From NCBI GenBank assembly GCA_001275005.1, contig JWZX01002386.1, forward strand, positions 1 to 32,415: a DNA stretch of 32,415 nt. Reading direction: 5' to 3'. How positions within the stretch are numbered: position 1 is the first letter of the stretch; each line of letters opens with the position of its first letter. Shown here one piece after another: positions 30,117-32,415 of this stretch. The notes beneath the pieces were generated by a model that was not told the DNA's origin, did not search any database, and worked only from the letters and a program-made list of their open reading frames with translations. The translations under genes were made by a program, and so were the position numbers. This stretch comes from Chrysochromulina tobinii. Lineage: Eukaryota.

Positions 30117-32415
30117 ATGTCACTAGGGTCTACAGCGGCGTTCGACCTCGCGACCTGGGAGCGACAGCTAGGGCAGAAGCTGGCCGAGACCGGGGCTCTG
30201 TTTAGCTTCGCGGCCAACGAGATCGGACAACTTAAGGAGGACGCAGTCGGGGACGCGAGGCGACGGACCAATCAAATTGTCAAGCAGCTCGAGGCGCAGC
30301 TCGCGGCAGCCCAGGCTCTCGCCACAATGGTGGCGACACTGCAGGGTGCTGCGACGCCTCCACCGCCACCGCCCACGGCCATCGGACCTTCGCTGCACGC
30401 AGACGAGGCCCCTCTCGAGCTACCTCCGGACGAGGACGGGGGCTCTGGGGAGGCGTGGTCCATCGTCCAGTGGGCCAAGGGCGCGGGCGTGCATCGCGCG
30501 GTCGCGGCGGCTCTGCTAGCACCGCTGGCTGCTGAGCAGCGGGCGGGCGTCCCCGGCGCTGCCTTGGAGTACGTCAAGGGCCTTACCTCGCGCGAGCAGG
30601 TCGCCCGACTCCTCGGCACGGGAAATTTTCAGGCCACCCTGGTTGAGTTGGTTTGGAACGAGCTGCGTACATTGCAGAGCGTGGGTGCGGCGACGAGCAA
30701 GGATATGGAGAGCAAGTTTGCCGGTGCGGTGGCGCTCTCGTACTCGGGCCTCGACACCTTCTTCGGCGGCCTCGAAGGCATCGTGGGCTCGCCCAACCCC
30801 AAGGTTCTTGACGGGATGCGAGACGACCACTTGCAAGGCCCCGGCACCGAGTCGTCCGACGTCTTTACCACGAGCAACTACGGCGTGGAGACGCAGTCGC
30901 GGATCGAGTGGCATTTCGTGGCAAGTGCGAATGCGACACCCGAGCAGCTTCGTATCCCGTGCTGGCCGATGGAGACCGTGGACAAGTTGCCCGACAGGGC
31001 GTGCGCTCGGCAGCGCCGCTCTCTCGAGTCTCTGGAGCTAGCCGCCGCCGATAAGAACCGGCAGCTTCGCGAGGCTAACCAGCCCGAAGTGGTCAGGGAG
31101 GAGATGATTGCCGCAATCCTGTACACGGGGCCGATGTTCGTCAAGTACAACGGAGTGCTGCGTGGCCTCAGCTCCGAGTCTCCCTTCCTGCGCAACCAGA
31201 TGATCAGCCTCTGCTGCTCCAAGGACATTGCCGACGCGTACCTCGGCTCGACGCCGCGCGACAAGCCCTTCCTGGCGGCGGCGGGCAGCATCACCTTCGA
31301 GGTGGCCAAGCGATCGGTGAACAAGTACACGAGCACGCTGCACGCCATCAACTCCGTCATCATCAAGCTGGGCAAGCTCACCAAGGCCATCAAGGTCTAC
31401 CGCGGCATCGCCGGCATGAAGCTCCCCGACGAGTTCTGGACGCCCAACAAATTTAACGTGCGAGGCGGCGTCGAGCAGGCGTTCATGTCGACGACCACGG
31501 AGCGGTTGGTGGCCATGGGGTACGCCTCGGGCGGCCAGGGCGCCGCTGGCATCGTGATCGAGGTGCAGCAGGGGATGGTCAATCGGGGTGCCGAGATCGG
31601 CTGGCTCTCGCAGTACCCGCACGAACGAGAGATCCTCTTTGGGCCACTCACCGGCATCGAGGTGCTGCGCACACGTGTCGACGGCTCGGTCGTCGTGATC
31701 GAGTGCAGCTTCTCCATCAACCTGACGGCGCTCACGATTGAGCAGGTGCTCGGCAAGCGACAGAAGATCGTGCGCGACATGATTGAGCAGCTGCGGCGCG
31801 GCACGCAGCGTGAAGTCGAAGCAAACCCGGCGTGGAGGACGATCCGCGACGTCGACGGCCGCTGCCCGGCGGTGGATTGCTTCTTCAAGGATCTGCTTAC
31901 GCCCCTCGCCGAGCACGAGGCGACCCACTACAATCAGAATGGGCCGCTCGGCGACGCCATCCAGGAGGCGGTGGCTCTCGCCGAGAGCGTTGCTGGCTGG
32001 CCCGAGGGGCTGAAGGCGCTCGTAGCGCGGGGGCTTGGCACGGAGGCTGAGGCGATGCTGCCGGATGTCACTCGCCTTGAGGTCGAAGCCGCCCGCGCAG
32101 GCGGCTCGTGGTTCGGATGCGACTCGCCTCGTCCGCTCCGCCATCGCCACGGCAGTAGCAGAGACCGCTCGCATTGAGATCGAAGCCACCAAGGCGCAGG
32201 CGGCTCGTGATGCAGATGCGACTCGCCTCGTCCGCTCCGCCATTGCCACGGCAGTAGCAGAGGTCGATGCAGCAGCGCTATTCGCCAAGGCTGTTATCGC
32301 GGCGGCAGTGGCACAGGTAGAGAGGGAAGTCGAGGCTCAGGCCGAGGCAGCCAGGGCGAAAGCAAAAAAGGCAGAGATGGAAGCCCTTATGGCCATGACG
32401 AAAGGGGTATCCTTT
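30117..32415 (+). CDS. ADP-ribosyltransferase (R-S-E / ARTC-like) domain protein; apparent frameshift near 32093; runs off the window end
   Basis: LYTGPMF..YN..LR, KVYRG (R), FMSTT (STS-like) and SQYPHEREILF (ExE). After restoring 2 bp at about 32093 the frame stays open to 32415. Confidence 0.85.
32071..32262. repeat. Two-copy tandem duplication, period 97 bp
   Basis: CTCGC.TTGAG.TCGAAGCC...GATGCGACTCGCCTCGTCCGCTCCGCCAT.GCCACGGCAGTAGCAGAG occurs at 32071 and 32168. Confidence 0.92.

Overview
GC-rich, gene-dense eukaryotic DNA with mostly uninterrupted ORFs. The gene set and style suggest a microalga, probably a haptophyte (inference). Host genes encode a Nudix hydrolase, a BAG-like protein, an EGLN-like 2OG-Fe(II) oxygenase, a CPA1 Na+/H+ exchanger, an EEP-fold protein, an anoctamin, a GT77/XEG113-like glycosyltransferase, an R-S-E type ADP-ribosyltransferase and several low-complexity proteins. 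Several sit as head-to-head pairs whose spacers share a TTCACAG motif. The centre (about 16.35-24.1 kb) is a mobile-element cluster with two parts. (1) An unusual Ty1/copia element has a single LTR bounded by both a PPT-like tract and a tRNA-Gly-like PBS, sits between 11/12-bp direct repeats, lacks protease and integrase core, and contains two inverted internal segments, one with an F-box-like motif and a hydrophobic helix. (2) An adjacent 2.8-kb unit between ~38-bp inverted repeats carries a PARP-like ORF. All calls come from reading motifs by eye; no database searches were run.
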